Source of the DNA: Salinispira sp. | GTDB lineage: Bacteria; Spirochaetota; Spirochaetia; DSM-27196; Salinispiraceae | Assembly: GCA_965602015.1 (NCBI GenBank) | Contig: OZ271918.1 | Span: 3,584,001 to 3,648,000 of the forward strand | Direction: 5' to 3' | DNA length: 64,000 nucleotides | In this document: positions 30,759 through 40,792 of the stretch, piece by piece | Layout: each line of letters begins with the position of its first letter | How positions within the stretch are numbered: the stretch's first letter is position 1 | Position numbers and translations under genes: made by a program | The notes under the pieces: generated by a model | What the model saw: only the letters and a program-made list of their open reading frames with translations | What the model was told of the DNA's origin: nothing | Databases searched by the model: none

Positions 30759-31237
30759 AACATTCCTTTGGGAAATATGTCGCGTTATTTAAGTATAAAT
30801 TGATTTTTGAACTCACGTGCAGATCAAGGCCTCAATGCTGGCGTAAGTCGAAAAATTATGCGACTAAAAAGGAGCCGGGCCATCTGACCAAACTATTATT
30901 CTCAGAGTAGTGCTTAGTGAGTAAAAACCATAAGATGAGGCGCTGTCGCCCGATGCTGAAATCCTTTTTAGGCATCAGATTATGCACCTAACTATGCTTG
31001 TAGGGAGCTGGGAATGCGGAAATGTTTCTGCAATCGTTGTAGCCTCTCAAATTAAATTGATCAAACCAGCATAGAAAATCTCACAAACAGTTAAACAATC
31101 TCTCATTCCACTTAGACCGGAAATTTTATCTGCCGACAAAAAAAGAGCAATGGTGTTGAAGTTTGCCGACTCCCCATTGCTCTTAAAACCTCACCCCCAA
31201 AGGGGGCAAATAAACGTTACTTATTTGTCGGATAGTT

Positions 31238-31735
31238 TTGGAAAAACTTCAAGCGCTTGGGAAACAGTTCCACTGGAAAAAACCTGAATGTTGTCCCGAG
31301 TGTGGAAGCATACGGCTATGGGGGCACGGCTTCGTTCTTCGGCAGTTTGTCGGGTTTGCCCAAGGACTGTGGATGAAGCGGTATCGATGTCCGGACTGCC
31401 ATGGGGTTCATACCTGTAGGCCACAGCAGTTCTTGCCGGGGATGCAATATCCTGTTCAAACTCAAATCTCCAGCCTGGAAGCAAAGCTTGCAGGAAAGCC
31501 GTTCCTTCAAACTGTGTCGAGGCAGATCCAGCAGCATTGGTGGAAGACATTTCTCAACCACTGCCGCCGTAGCGGCAACTGGACTGCCCCACATTCGGTT
31601 TTCCTCCGCAGGCAGAGCGATGATCAAATACCAGTAACAACCAGGCGAATATACCGTGAGATCTGGTCAGAAGCCTGCGTACCCTACCTGCCTTTTGCGC
31701 TGACAGTGAAACCGCGTCCATTTAGCCTTGAGTGA
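31238..31735 (+). CDS. Zinc-finger (DUF6431-like) transposon protein; start uncertain
   Basis: CPECG..RLWGHGF..R...KRYRCPDC..VHT.RP. Confidence 0.75.
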   Translation: MEKLQALGKQFHWKKPECCPECGSIRLWGHGFVLRQFVGFAQGLWMKRYRCPDCHGVHTCRPQQFLPGMQYPVQTQISSLEAKLAGKPFLQTVSRQIQQHWWKTFLNHCRRSGNWTAPHSVFLRRQSDDQIPVTTRRIYREIWSEACVPYLPFALTVKPRPFSLE

Positions 31736-33048
31736 GAAAACGTATCACTCTCAAGGAGGAGAAAATGGACAGAGAAAAGAAAGAAAAGATCGCAGTATTC
31801 CGCTTCGGGGTCATCTTTCCGCTTGTGGAGAAAGACCTACACCAGTATTGGGGAGAGAAAGAGCGAATCCTGCGGGAGCTGGTCAGCAAGGAATGGGAGA
31901 TTCCCTTTTCAAACCGAAACTACATCAGCAAGGCCACCATCCTGACCTGGGTAAAGCGCTACGAAGATGGCGGGCGGAAGATTGAAGCCTTGTTTCCTGA
32001 GAATCGCGGCGACAAGGGCCGGATGAGAAGCATTTCCGATGAACAAATCGATGCGCTCATGCTGCTTCGAAAAGAGCATCCAAAACTCTCCACCCCGCGT
32101 CTGGTTGAAATTGCTCAAGGAAACGGCGTCTTTCCGTCCGGAAAAGAGGTCTCCATGGCCAGCATTTACCGGCTCATGAAGATCCGCAAAGCCCAACGGG
32201 TCAAAGTCGAGTCTGACATGAGGAAGTTCGAGGTACAATTGCCCAACGACCTGTGGCAGTCAGACTGCATGCACGGTCCGAAAGTTCTGCATGGCGGGAA
32301 ACTGAGAAAGACCTATCTGTTTGCAATCATTGACGACCATTCAAGGCTCATTACCCATGGCCAGTTCTACCTGGCTGAAACACTGGAAAATTACCTGGAC
32401 TGCTTATGGACGGCGTTACGCAAGCGGGGAGTTCCCCGAAAGCTCTATGTCGATAACGGGGCATCATTTAAGGCGCACAGGCTCCAGTTGGGATGTGCTT
32501 CGCTGGAAATCGGGCTGCGCTATGCACGGCCGTACCGACCCCAGGGAAAGGGCAAGATTGAACGGTTCTTTCGTACCGTACGTAGCCAGTTTATCCCCGA
32601 GCTGCCTGATGAACTTCCTCTGGATGAGATCAACCGGCTGTTTCACCACTACATTGAAAACGGTTATCACCAGAGGATCCATGGCGGTACGGGGCAGAAG
32701 CCCCTGGAGCGTTACCTGCAGGATGCCCATGCCTTGCGAAAAGCGCCGGAGAACTTGCCTGAATACTTTCGAAAACGCGAGGAGCGAACGGTAAACAACG
32801 ACCGGACGGTGAAACTCGATGGCCGTTTGTATGAAGCCCCTGCGGGATTGGTTGGCATGAAAGTCGTCCTGCGTTTTGAGAATTACGACCGGATTGAAGT
32901 CTTTCTCGAGAATCAGTCAAAGGGATTCTTAAGGGATCTGGATCAGGGAGTGAACAGCCGCATTAAGCGGGACGGCACGGGTCCGGTCATGCCGTCGGCT
33001 TCGGGGGGAGCTCTTTTTGAAAAGCTGGGCTCAAAGGCAGGTAGCTAA
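31732..33048 (+). CDS. DDE transposase with Mu-transposase C-terminal domain
   Basis: LWQSDCMHGP, IDDHSR, LYVDNG, PQGKGKIERFFRT, RTVNNDRTVKLDGRLYE. Confidence 0.92.
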   Translation: MRKRITLKEEKMDREKKEKIAVFRFGVIFPLVEKDLHQYWGEKERILRELVSKEWEIPFSNRNYISKATILTWVKRYEDGGRKIEALFPENRGDKGRMRSISDEQIDALMLLRKEHPKLSTPRLVEIAQGNGVFPSGKEVSMASIYRLMKIRKAQRVKVESDMRKFEVQLPNDLWQSDCMHGPKVLHGGKLRKTYLFAIIDDHSRLITHGQFYLAETLENYLDCLWTALRKRGVPRKLYVDNGASFKAHRLQLGCASLEIGLRYARPYRPQGKGKIERFFRTVRSQFIPELPDELPLDEINRLFHHYIENGYHQRIHGGTGQKPLERYLQDAHALRKAPENLPEYFRKREERTVNNDRTVKLDGRLYEAPAGLVGMKVVLRFENYDRIEVFLENQSKGFLRDLDQGVNSRIKRDGTGPVMPSASGGALFEKLGSKAGS

Positions 33049-33854
33049 TGGATACGCTGCGCCACCACTTTGGATTCCGGCACAACCCGTTCCCGCAGAA
33101 TGTAGCGGTAAAGGACCTGTACCCCTTACCGGCATTGGAACCCCTGCGGCAGCGGGTGTTCTTTGCCCTGGAGCAGAAAGCCATTGCCGTCATCACCGGA
33201 GATGTGGGGTCGGGAAAGTCTACGTCATTGCGCTATGTCTCAAGCAAATGCCATTCGAGTGAGTATGAACTGATTACCATTGTCGGCGGGAACTTCTCAC
33301 CCATGGAACTGTACCGGCAGATCCTGCTCACTTTCGGCATGAGCTATATGTCGTTCCAGGTATCGATCATGATCTCGAAGATCCGGGAGCTTATTCTGGA
33401 AATTGCATCCCGCAATGTCATCCCGGTGCTGGTAATCGATGAGGCTCATCTGCTGAAACGGTCAGTGTTTACCCAGCTGCATACCCTTGCTCAGTTTGAA
33501 TTCGATTCCAAACCGGTCATGCCGATGATTCTCTGCGGTCAGGATTTCCTGCTCGATCATCTGATGGCTAACTCAGTTCGGCCTCTGGCGTCCCGGGTGC
33601 TGGGCAAGAATCATCTGGAGTCTATTAAGAAGGAGGTGATGGAAGATTACCTGAATCATCACATCACCCTGGCCGGGGGAACAAAGAAAGCATTCAGTGA
33701 TGAGGCGATCTTTGCCATTCATCAGGGATCCGGTGGTCTCTTGCGGAAAGCCAACTCCCTGGCGAAAACGGCTCTCCTTGCCTGCGCCGGAGATGGTGGA
33801 CAGACTGTTTCTGCAGAACACGTCCGGGTCGCTTCCACCGAGATTTTTATGTAA
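33048..33854 (+). CDS. ExeA-family AAA ATPase (transposition helper)
   Basis: GDVGSGKST Walker A, VIDEAH Walker B, ILCGQ. Confidence 0.9.
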   Translation: MDTLRHHFGFRHNPFPQNVAVKDLYPLPALEPLRQRVFFALEQKAIAVITGDVGSGKSTSLRYVSSKCHSSEYELITIVGGNFSPMELYRQILLTFGMSYMSFQVSIMISKIRELILEIASRNVIPVLVIDEAHLLKRSVFTQLHTLAQFEFDSKPVMPMILCGQDFLLDHLMANSVRPLASRVLGKNHLESIKKEVMEDYLNHHITLAGGTKKAFSDEAIFAIHQGSGGLLRKANSLAKTALLACAGDGGQTVSAEHVRVASTEIFM

Positions 33855-34016
33855 ATGCTGCCCCTGCCGCGAATGCGGCAGGGGGTACCCTTCGTCAGTT
33901 TTACTTGTAAAATTGTTTGTCTGTACGTGCGAGGGTTAGGCTAATTTAATGTGCGAAGCTACAATCGTTTTTCGCGATGGAAGTTAAGCTAAGGAAAGTT
34001 GTGGTAAATTATAGAG

Positions 34017-34247
34017 ATGCAAGATACACCTGAAGAAAGATTATGGAATATTACCCCTTCTTCATTGAGAACGATCACCGAAGAAGAGTGTTATAAAATC
34101 TTGTTGGATTGCCAATATGCCCTTCGAGATCTGCATAATCAGGGTGGAACCCAGCTAAATATAGACCAGCGCAAATTGAAGTTTGATTATTTGAGCCGGA
34201 CTATTAATGTGGTATACACGAGGCTTCATAAAATAAATCGAGAATAA
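34017..34247 (+). CDS. Small hypothetical protein in a cassette-like unit
   Basis: Flanked by GTTAAGCT (33983) and AGCTTAAC (34254). Confidence 0.55.
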   Translation: MQDTPEERLWNITPSSLRTITEEECYKILLDCQYALRDLHNQGGTQLNIDQRKLKFDYLSRTINVVYTRLHKINRE

Positions 34248-34276
34248 AACCTCAGCTTAACAGGTTTTAACTGCAT

Positions 34277-34380
34277 GGAATCAATACTGACGTAATCAGT
34301 CTCGCTACAGTTATGAAGCCGGGGAGTGTCCCAATATTTTCGACTAATAGGAGATTATCTTAGTGAATGTTGCCCAGAAG
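34277..34380 (-). repeat. att copy 4 (truncated)
   Basis: GGAATCAATACTGACGTAA arm variant; GGAGATTATC...TGAATGTTGCCCAGAAG matches flank of copy 2 and tRNA end. Confidence 0.7.
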
Positions 34381-34613
34381 ATCCATTATGTTTGAACCAA
34401 GGTGGTTCCATGATTAATGATGATGAAGTTACACTCTATGTCTACTCTGATAATTAAGGTGATACGCATCTCCTGAACATCTACGAGCGAGTTTTGGTAT
34501 AGCGTATTCTCTTCTTCTTCGTTTGTTCAACAACATAAAGCCTGTTTTCTCAAAAAGCCAGTATTTAGTCGAAATAATCCCAAGAGACCATTTATCTAGA
34601 TTATATTCTATGC

Positions 34614-35132
34614 ATGAAACGCATAGCTATCATGATGATAATCCTTGTTTCTGCCTTAATTGCCGCCCAGGAAGTAACTAGGGATTCTGAAACTGGTACT
34701 CTTGAGCCTGGTACATATACGATGGATATATTACTTCTAGAGGACGATACACCCAGTGGCCTTCGGATTGAAACCGTATTTCCGGAATATTTGAGAACGG
34801 GACGGCTCACCCTAAGGGCCGATGGCTCTGGCTGGATGCTATTTCCAGAGAACGCTCCACTGAATCGGTTTTCATGGGTAATTGAATCTATGGAAACGTT
34901 TCCCGGTCCGGCGGGGGGCGAGATCATGAATGTAGGCACAAGACAGCACCCAGTTTATCTCCGCCCGCCGGTAATGCGGCTTAATTTCGATCGTTTAGAT
35001 CGTCCACCGCCTGGGTTCATGGTCTTTAACCAGTTTCCCGGTGTTGAGGGAGTCCTATACGCTATTTTGTACCGGCCAATTGATGAAAACGATTTTACAC
35101 TCAGCGCCTACCTCCTAAAGCGGGTAGATTGA
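34614..35132 (+). CDS. Hypothetical secreted protein
   Basis: MKRIAIMMIILVSALIAAQE signal peptide. Confidence 0.7.
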   Translation: MKRIAIMMIILVSALIAAQEVTRDSETGTLEPGTYTMDILLLEDDTPSGLRIETVFPEYLRTGRLTLRADGSGWMLFPENAPLNRFSWVIESMETFPGPAGGEIMNVGTRQHPVYLRPPVMRLNFDRLDRPPPGFMVFNQFPGVEGVLYAILYRPIDENDFTLSAYLLKRVD

Positions 35133-35460
35133 AAAAACCGGAGGCGTAAACCTCCGTGCTGGTTGTTTGATACAAACCAGGATTGGCGATAGTTCAACGG
35201 GGCCCCAGTCAAGTTTCCCACGAGAGACACTGCGAGATTGCAGCAATTGAATAGCTGTATATGAAACCATCTCCCACACTTTTATCCCAATAACCAAATC
35301 GCATAATAAGAATCACTTGAACGCGAGCCGTAATTGGCGCGAATCCTTGCAGGCGCAGCCGAAGCAAGGACCCGGACAATTGGCGAATAGTGTGGGGGAG
35401 AGGGGTGATTATTGTGGTTAACGTTGCACTGCACTACAATATTGGTTAGTACTTCGGAGG

Positions 35461-35770
35461 ATGATATCGCAATATATGGATAATCACTCAGTCCTAACTG
35501 GAAGGTGGTACGATGTTCTCGATTCAGAGAGTCCGCACTATCAGACATACAACTTAGAAAATGATGGAACTGGTAACTGGCATGACGACTGGGGTGGCTC
35601 CGCATTCACATGGTCAAGTCAGACATCAGATATAAAATGCATGAAAGGCGTGTTAGTCTTTTTTCACCCAGCTATTACTGAGAAGTACATTTTTCATCTA
35701 GATAATGATCTTCTATTTCTTTCCCCAACAGAAGACACATCCGATACTTATAAACGAACAGAAATAACCT
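35461..35770 (+). pseudogene. Small gene interrupted near its 3' end by the IS3 element
   Basis: GGAGG RBS; removing the IS restores ...RTEITFYRSIDFLFTGNE* ending ~37123. Confidence 0.55.
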
Positions 35771-35820
35771 TGAACCGCCCCGGCTTTACCGGAGACAAAA
35801 TCTTGTGAGAGGATGGAGTC

Positions 35821-36147
35821 ATGGTAAAGAAAAACAGCAGGTTTTCTGAGGAAGTTAAGGAGCGGGCAATCCGCATGGTATTCGCCGCCAAAGGTGAATA
35901 TGATTCTCAGTGGGCCGCAATTGAGTCGATAGCTGAAAAGATAGGCTGTACTGCAGAGACGTTACGGCGGTGGGTTCGCCAAGCCGAGAAAGATAATGGT
36001 AGTCGGGAGGGACTTACAACCGACGAGAAGAAGCGAATCAAGGAGCTCGAGCGGGAGAACCGGGAGCTCAAGAAAGCCAATGAGATTCTACGTCTGGCTT
36101 CCGCATATTTCGCGAAGGCGGAGCTCGACCGCCAACACAAGAAATAG
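35821..36147 (+). CDS. IS3 transposase OrfA
   Basis: RFSEEVKERAIRMV...ETLRRWVRQ...KANEILRLASAYFAKAELDR. Confidence 0.93.
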   Translation: MVKKNSRFSEEVKERAIRMVFAAKGEYDSQWAAIESIAEKIGCTAETLRRWVRQAEKDNGSREGLTTDEKKRIKELERENRELKKANEILRLASAYFAKAELDRQHKK

Positions 36148-36203
36148 TCTGCTTCATTGATGAACACCGCGATGACTATGGGGTCGAGCCGATTTGTACT
36201 CAG

Positions 36204-37043
36204 GTGCCAATCGCTCCTTCGGTGTACTACGAACAGAAAAAGCGAGTAAAACACCCTGAAACAGCTCCCGCAAGGGTAAAGCGCGATGAAATCCTGAAGC
36301 CAGAGATCCAGAGGGTTTGGGATGAGAATTATGAGGTTTACGGCGTTCGCAAGGTCTGGCACCAGCTGAAGCGAGAAGGATTCCAGATCGCACGATGTAC
36401 CGTGGCCCGTCTCATGGCTGTCATGGGGCTTAAAGGCGTCATACGAGGCCGCAAGGTGCGAACCACAGTACCGGACCCGAAAAATGAACGTCCGCTCGAT
36501 TTGGTGCACAGGGAATTCAGTGCCGACCGTCCGAATCAGCTGTGGGTGGCGGATTTCACTTATTGCGCGTCTTGGGTGGGTTTTGTATATGTGGCATTTA
36601 TCATCGATGTATTTTCACGAATGATCGTCGGATGGCGTGCCTCGAGGTCCATGAGCGCAGAGCTGACGCTGGATGCTCTGGAACAAGCCCTGTGGGCAAG
36701 GCAACCTGAAAATGGGCTGATCCACCACAGTGATCGTGGGAGCCAGTATCTGTCAATCCGGTATTCTGACCGCTTAGCAGAAGAAGGCATTGCCCCATCT
36801 GTTGGGAGTGTAGGCAGCTCATATGACAACGCGCTGGCTGAAACCATAAACGGACTGTACAAATCCGAAATGATCTACCGTAAAGGACCGTGGAAAAACC
36901 TGGATGCTATTGAGGCTGCTACGCTGGAATGGGTAAGCTGGTACAACAATAAACGGATTTATGAAATCCTGGGATATATGCCTCCGGCAGAGTTTGAGAA
37001 GGCATATTATGATCAACTGCAAGACGCAGCCAGCGGGCTGTAG
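36204..37043 (+). CDS. IS3 transposase OrfB
   Basis: YGVRKVW, LWVADFTY, HHSDRGSQY, YDNALAETINGLYKSE. Confidence 0.93.
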   Translation: MPIAPSVYYEQKKRVKHPETAPARVKRDEILKPEIQRVWDENYEVYGVRKVWHQLKREGFQIARCTVARLMAVMGLKGVIRGRKVRTTVPDPKNERPLDLVHREFSADRPNQLWVADFTYCASWVGFVYVAFIIDVFSRMIVGWRASRSMSAELTLDALEQALWARQPENGLIHHSDRGSQYLSIRYSDRLAEEGIAPSVGSVGSSYDNALAETINGLYKSEMIYRKGPWKNLDAIEAATLEWVSWYNNKRIYEILGYMPPAEFEKAYYDQLQDAASGL

Positions 37044-37540
37044 TCATACAAAACACTCTCCGGGATTCCCGGGGCGGTTCACCTTTTACCGCTCGATTGA
37101 TTTTTTATTCACTGGTAATGAATAAGAGTGTTCAAGCTATTTGAGCAATAACCCCAACCTTTTTGAGCTTGAGTCCTTAGATCATACTTCGTCCACGTTC
37201 TCGCCATCCATGCTCTGGACGTGGCGTGATTAAGTACTCAACGCGCACTTCGGGATAACTGCAGTGTGCAAATGAACGGAAAACTCATCAGTTAGAGATT
37301 CCACTCACCTATTAGGTGTTTTCCAGAGATGGATGGGGCATACAAAGCTTTTCCCTCAAAATCACTTAACTTAAATGCACGTGCTTTTATTGAAAAAGTG
37401 AGGACATAATCTTCCGAATTTTCACCACATAATACCGATTATGTAGCCACCGCTATTTATTGAGCTGACTGGATAATGAAAGCGCTGGTCTTTCTCAGTC
37501 TTTAATTGAATTATAGTGCATCTGAAATGTAGAATTAGGG

Positions 37541-38494
37541 ATGCCAAAATTCCGACTCTATTTGGATCACAATATCATCCAATACGTCATAGAAGGGCGA
37601 CTCATTTTGCCTGCTTCATCTGACATCGAATACGTGTATTCAAACGAGCATTTCGCTGAAATCTCTCGAAGTGAAGATGAACGGTTTTTCGGAGCTATAA
37701 GACGGTTACAAGCTCGGATAATTGACGTCTCACTCGACGAACACAATAATTTCACCGATCAAGGTTTTTTACATGACTATATGGATCCAGAAGAAGCATA
37801 TCTGAACTACAAGAAAACATTGGAAGATGTGCCGGTAGATGCAGTTGGAATGTTCCGCGACATACAAGTGCTAATGAATGGAAATAAAGAGACTTTGTCG
37901 CCCTCCGAAATTAGTGAAAATTTTGTAAAGACATTGGGCGATCTGATAGGTGATATTGACCTGCCTGAGGGTTTGGATTTCGTGAAAGCGCCCTTAATTA
38001 ATCAGGTTGAAAGTATTGCTATGGAATTTGAAAAGACCCTTAGCAAACATATCCCTGACATAAAGCCTCTTGAAGAAATGAGAAAAGCAATGAGTCCCCA
38101 TTTATTCAGTGGTTTGGACCCTGCAAATGGGTTGATACTCGACCAAATTTGGCAGGAGATACAGTTAAAAATGAATGGAGTATCAAAAGAACAGTTTTAC
38201 GGACATACCTCTCAGCCAGGCAATCAGAAATGGCGGTACTCCAAATATGGCCAAGTTATTCATCTCCATGGATTATTAAATTTCTTGGGTTACTGGCCTG
38301 ATAAGGGACTCAACAAAATGAACAAGATTACAGGCATAAATAGTGATGCCTCACACCTAGCACATGCGATTTTATGTAATGGCATACTAAGTGCTGATAA
38401 ACGACTTTGCATGAAGGCAACAGCAATTTATAAGTATTTAGGATTAAATACATCTGTTTTGCGGCTTGATTTTAGGAGCAAAAATACTGACTGA
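37541..38494 (+). CDS. Putative PIN-like domain protein with large insertion
   Basis: N-terminal LYLDHNII and C-terminal DASHLAHA..CNGILSADKRL resemble PIN acidic motifs. Confidence 0.55.
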   Translation: MPKFRLYLDHNIIQYVIEGRLILPASSDIEYVYSNEHFAEISRSEDERFFGAIRRLQARIIDVSLDEHNNFTDQGFLHDYMDPEEAYLNYKKTLEDVPVDAVGMFRDIQVLMNGNKETLSPSEISENFVKTLGDLIGDIDLPEGLDFVKAPLINQVESIAMEFEKTLSKHIPDIKPLEEMRKAMSPHLFSGLDPANGLILDQIWQEIQLKMNGVSKEQFYGHTSQPGNQKWRYSKYGQVIHLHGLLNFLGYWPDKGLNKMNKITGINSDASHLAHAILCNGILSADKRLCMKATAIYKYLGLNTSVLRLDFRSKNTD

Positions 38495-38723
38495 GGCGAG
38501 GGGCTGTATGCATCCATTAGTTCAATTGGGAATAGATGGTTTGAGTATAAACACGATCAAGTCGTTCATTTTGTTGAAGTGACCAATATAAAATAGAGAG
38601 CTTTTCAATACGATCTTATTATTACCATGAAATCATGGACCTATACATCGAAAAATATGTATACATATTCAAAGATGTTATTTCAAAGTATATTAGTAAA
38701 TGTATAATCACTTTGGAGTAATC

Positions 38724-39884
38724 ATGCCTACGTTCTATGAATTTTTTGCTGGTGGTGGAATGGCTCGTCTTGGCCTCGGCGATAACTGGCAATGTCTTTT
38801 TGCAAACGATATTTCGGAAAAAAAAGCAAAAGCTTATGAAGATAACTTCGGAAAAGAGGAAATACTTTGCGAAGATATTCATCGACTAAATACTCAACAG
38901 CTCCCCGGTAAACCAGATTTGATTTGGGGTTCATTCCCTTGTCAAGATTTATCGTTAGCAGGAAATGGTGAAGGATTAAGTGGAAAGCGAAGTGGAACCT
39001 TTAATAGGTTGATTGATATTATCTGTCTTTTAAAAGCTGAAGAACGAGACCCATCGCTCGTTGTAATTGAAAATGTCATAGGTACACTCTCCACACATAA
39101 CGGCAAAGATTTTAGAACAATTGTTGGTAAATTTATAAATATAGATTATAGCGTGGGTGCTGTAATTGTAGATGCTATTCATTTTGTTCCTCAGTCTAGA
39201 CCAAGGTTTTTTTTAATTGCAATTAAAAACAAGTATGCAAACCAGATCCATCAAAATAAGACATTTAAACCTGATAGTACATGGCATCCTCCAAGATTAA
39301 TTAAGGCATATGAAACATTGTCTGATGAAGCAAAGGAGAAGTGGATATGGTGGGATATGCCCATCCCCGCACCAAGGCAGACCGAGCTAATAGATATTAT
39401 TGAAGAGAATCAGACTGATGTTGAATATTTTTCTGCTGAACGGGTTGAAAAGCTAATTAATATGATGAGTGAAACCAATCTGTTAAAGTTATCTTCAGCA
39501 AAATCTCAAGGGGAGAAAATTGCTGGCGGATTATATAAGCGCATTCGAGTAAATAAGTACGGTGAACGTTCTCAGCGCGCCGAAGTACGGTTTGATGGAA
39601 ATGCAGGCTGCCTTCGGACGCCAACTGGTGGGTCAAGTAAACAAACTTTAGTGATTGTAGAGGGAGATGAAGTCAAAGCAAGATATTTATCTCGTAGAGA
39701 GACCGCGAGATTGATGGGTGTGCCAGATAATTATATCCTTCCACAACTGAACAATGAAGCGTATTATCTTTTTGGTGATGGGTTGGCAGTTCCCGCTGTT
39801 AGATGGATTGAAACTCACATACTCCGTGGAGTCTATGAAAATTATATTTCTGTTTCACCTGAATCGCGCATAAAATCTGCATAG
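38724..39884 (+). CDS. DNA cytosine-C5 methyltransferase
   Basis: EFFAGGGM, GSFPCQDLS, IENV, PQSRPR, RETARLMG, GDGLAVP. Confidence 0.95.
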   Translation: MPTFYEFFAGGGMARLGLGDNWQCLFANDISEKKAKAYEDNFGKEEILCEDIHRLNTQQLPGKPDLIWGSFPCQDLSLAGNGEGLSGKRSGTFNRLIDIICLLKAEERDPSLVVIENVIGTLSTHNGKDFRTIVGKFINIDYSVGAVIVDAIHFVPQSRPRFFLIAIKNKYANQIHQNKTFKPDSTWHPPRLIKAYETLSDEAKEKWIWWDMPIPAPRQTELIDIIEENQTDVEYFSAERVEKLINMMSETNLLKLSSAKSQGEKIAGGLYKRIRVNKYGERSQRAEVRFDGNAGCLRTPTGGSSKQTLVIVEGDEVKARYLSRRETARLMGVPDNYILPQLNNEAYYLFGDGLAVPAVRWIETHILRGVYENYISVSPESRIKSA

Positions 39885-40417
39885 TATTTTTCCATTCTTT
39901 TAAAGTGCACCCTTAACATTCGTCGTTGCTCCTGGTTATTCTTTACTTCCAATATATGTGTGAAGAGGCTAGTCAGGTGATTAAGCTGCCTTGGCAGCCG
40001 TTGAATTGGATTGAGGCGCATATCTCTTTCTTCTTCAGACATTATTTGAACAATTTCTTTATTGGGTATGTTTTCAGGTGTACTGCTTGTTGTTGGAAGT
40101 TTGCCATTTACCAAGGCAGATTGTTGATCATATTCATTAATTAGGTAGTCTTCTAAATTATTGATCAAGGCTGATTCAACTTCCCCCTTCTCGCCTAGTG
40201 GCCAAGCCCAAATTTCATAGACTTCCCAAATATCTAACTGTCTATTGGCTATCACATCACTACGAGCACTAGTGATATGTCGATTTACCCTTCTCCGAAT
40301 TCCATCTGTTGACTGACCTATGTACAATGGTATCTTGTTCAAATCACATAAAGCATAAACACCAACCTGGTTTGTTAAATCCTTGAGAGCTTGCTTTCGG
40401 TAGTCTTTTATATCCAT
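39842..40417 (-). CDS. GIY-YIG nuclease
   Basis: GVYALC...LYIGQS...IRRRVNRH...LEDYLI; convergent and overlapping with the MTase. Confidence 0.85.
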   Translation of the reverse strand: MDIKDYRKQALKDLTNQVGVYALCDLNKIPLYIGQSTDGIRRRVNRHITSARSDVIANRQLDIWEVYEIWAWPLGEKGEVESALINNLEDYLINEYDQQSALVNGKLPTTSSTPENIPNKEIVQIMSEEERDMRLNPIQRLPRQLNHLTSLFTHILEVKNNQEQRRMLRVHFKRMEKYYADFMRDSGETEI

Positions 40418-40621
40418 TATATTAAGGATGATCTTTATCTTCGTATGAGTCAATCACAGAGCACATAAACACCATTATGCGCTCAGTTTCCTAAGCGCTT
40501 ATGCGCTAGAAAACGGAAATATTTCTACAAATCCCGACACAAATCCTGTCAGTGGATTGTCCATATAATTCCACTCCTCGGCGTTCTATAGTCATAGTAT
40601 CAAAACAACGAGGAGTGAATT

Positions 40622-40753
40622 ATGGCAAAAAAGACAAACCATAACTCAGACATTCAAAACCGGAACAAAGGGACAAAAGGTACCAACTCAACCTATGATA
40701 AGAATCAGGGTAATCGTGGAAAGCAGAAGAATCCAAATCAGAAGAACAAATGA
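40622..40753 (+). CDS. 43-aa Asn/Lys-rich small protein (below ORF-track cutoff)
   Basis: GAGGAG RBS; MAKKTNHNSDIQNRNKGTKGTNSTYDKNQGNRGKQKNPNQKNK. Confidence 0.7.
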   Translation: MAKKTNHNSDIQNRNKGTKGTNSTYDKNQGNRGKQKNPNQKNK

Positions 40754-40792
40754 GGAGAATGAGGGGCAGCCTAGCTGCTCCTCAAAGATTTT

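Larger units (their letters stand above)
31038..33963 (+). mobile_element. Three-gene Mu-like DDE transposon (Zn-finger protein, transposase, ExeA-type ATPase)
   Basis: Ends TGTAGC...ATTAAATT / AATTTAAT...GCTACA; 5-bp target duplication ATCGT at 31033-31037 and 33964-33968. Confidence 0.92.
35771..37081 (+). mobile_element. IS3 family insertion sequence (IS51/IS629-like), 1311 bp
   Basis: TIRs TGAACCGCCCCGG / CCGGGGCGGTTCA; 3-bp TSD CCT. Confidence 0.95.

Noticed and set aside
35287..35427. Possible attC site before ORF 35461
   Set aside because: Some dyad symmetry, but core sites do not match and there is no complementary core after the gene
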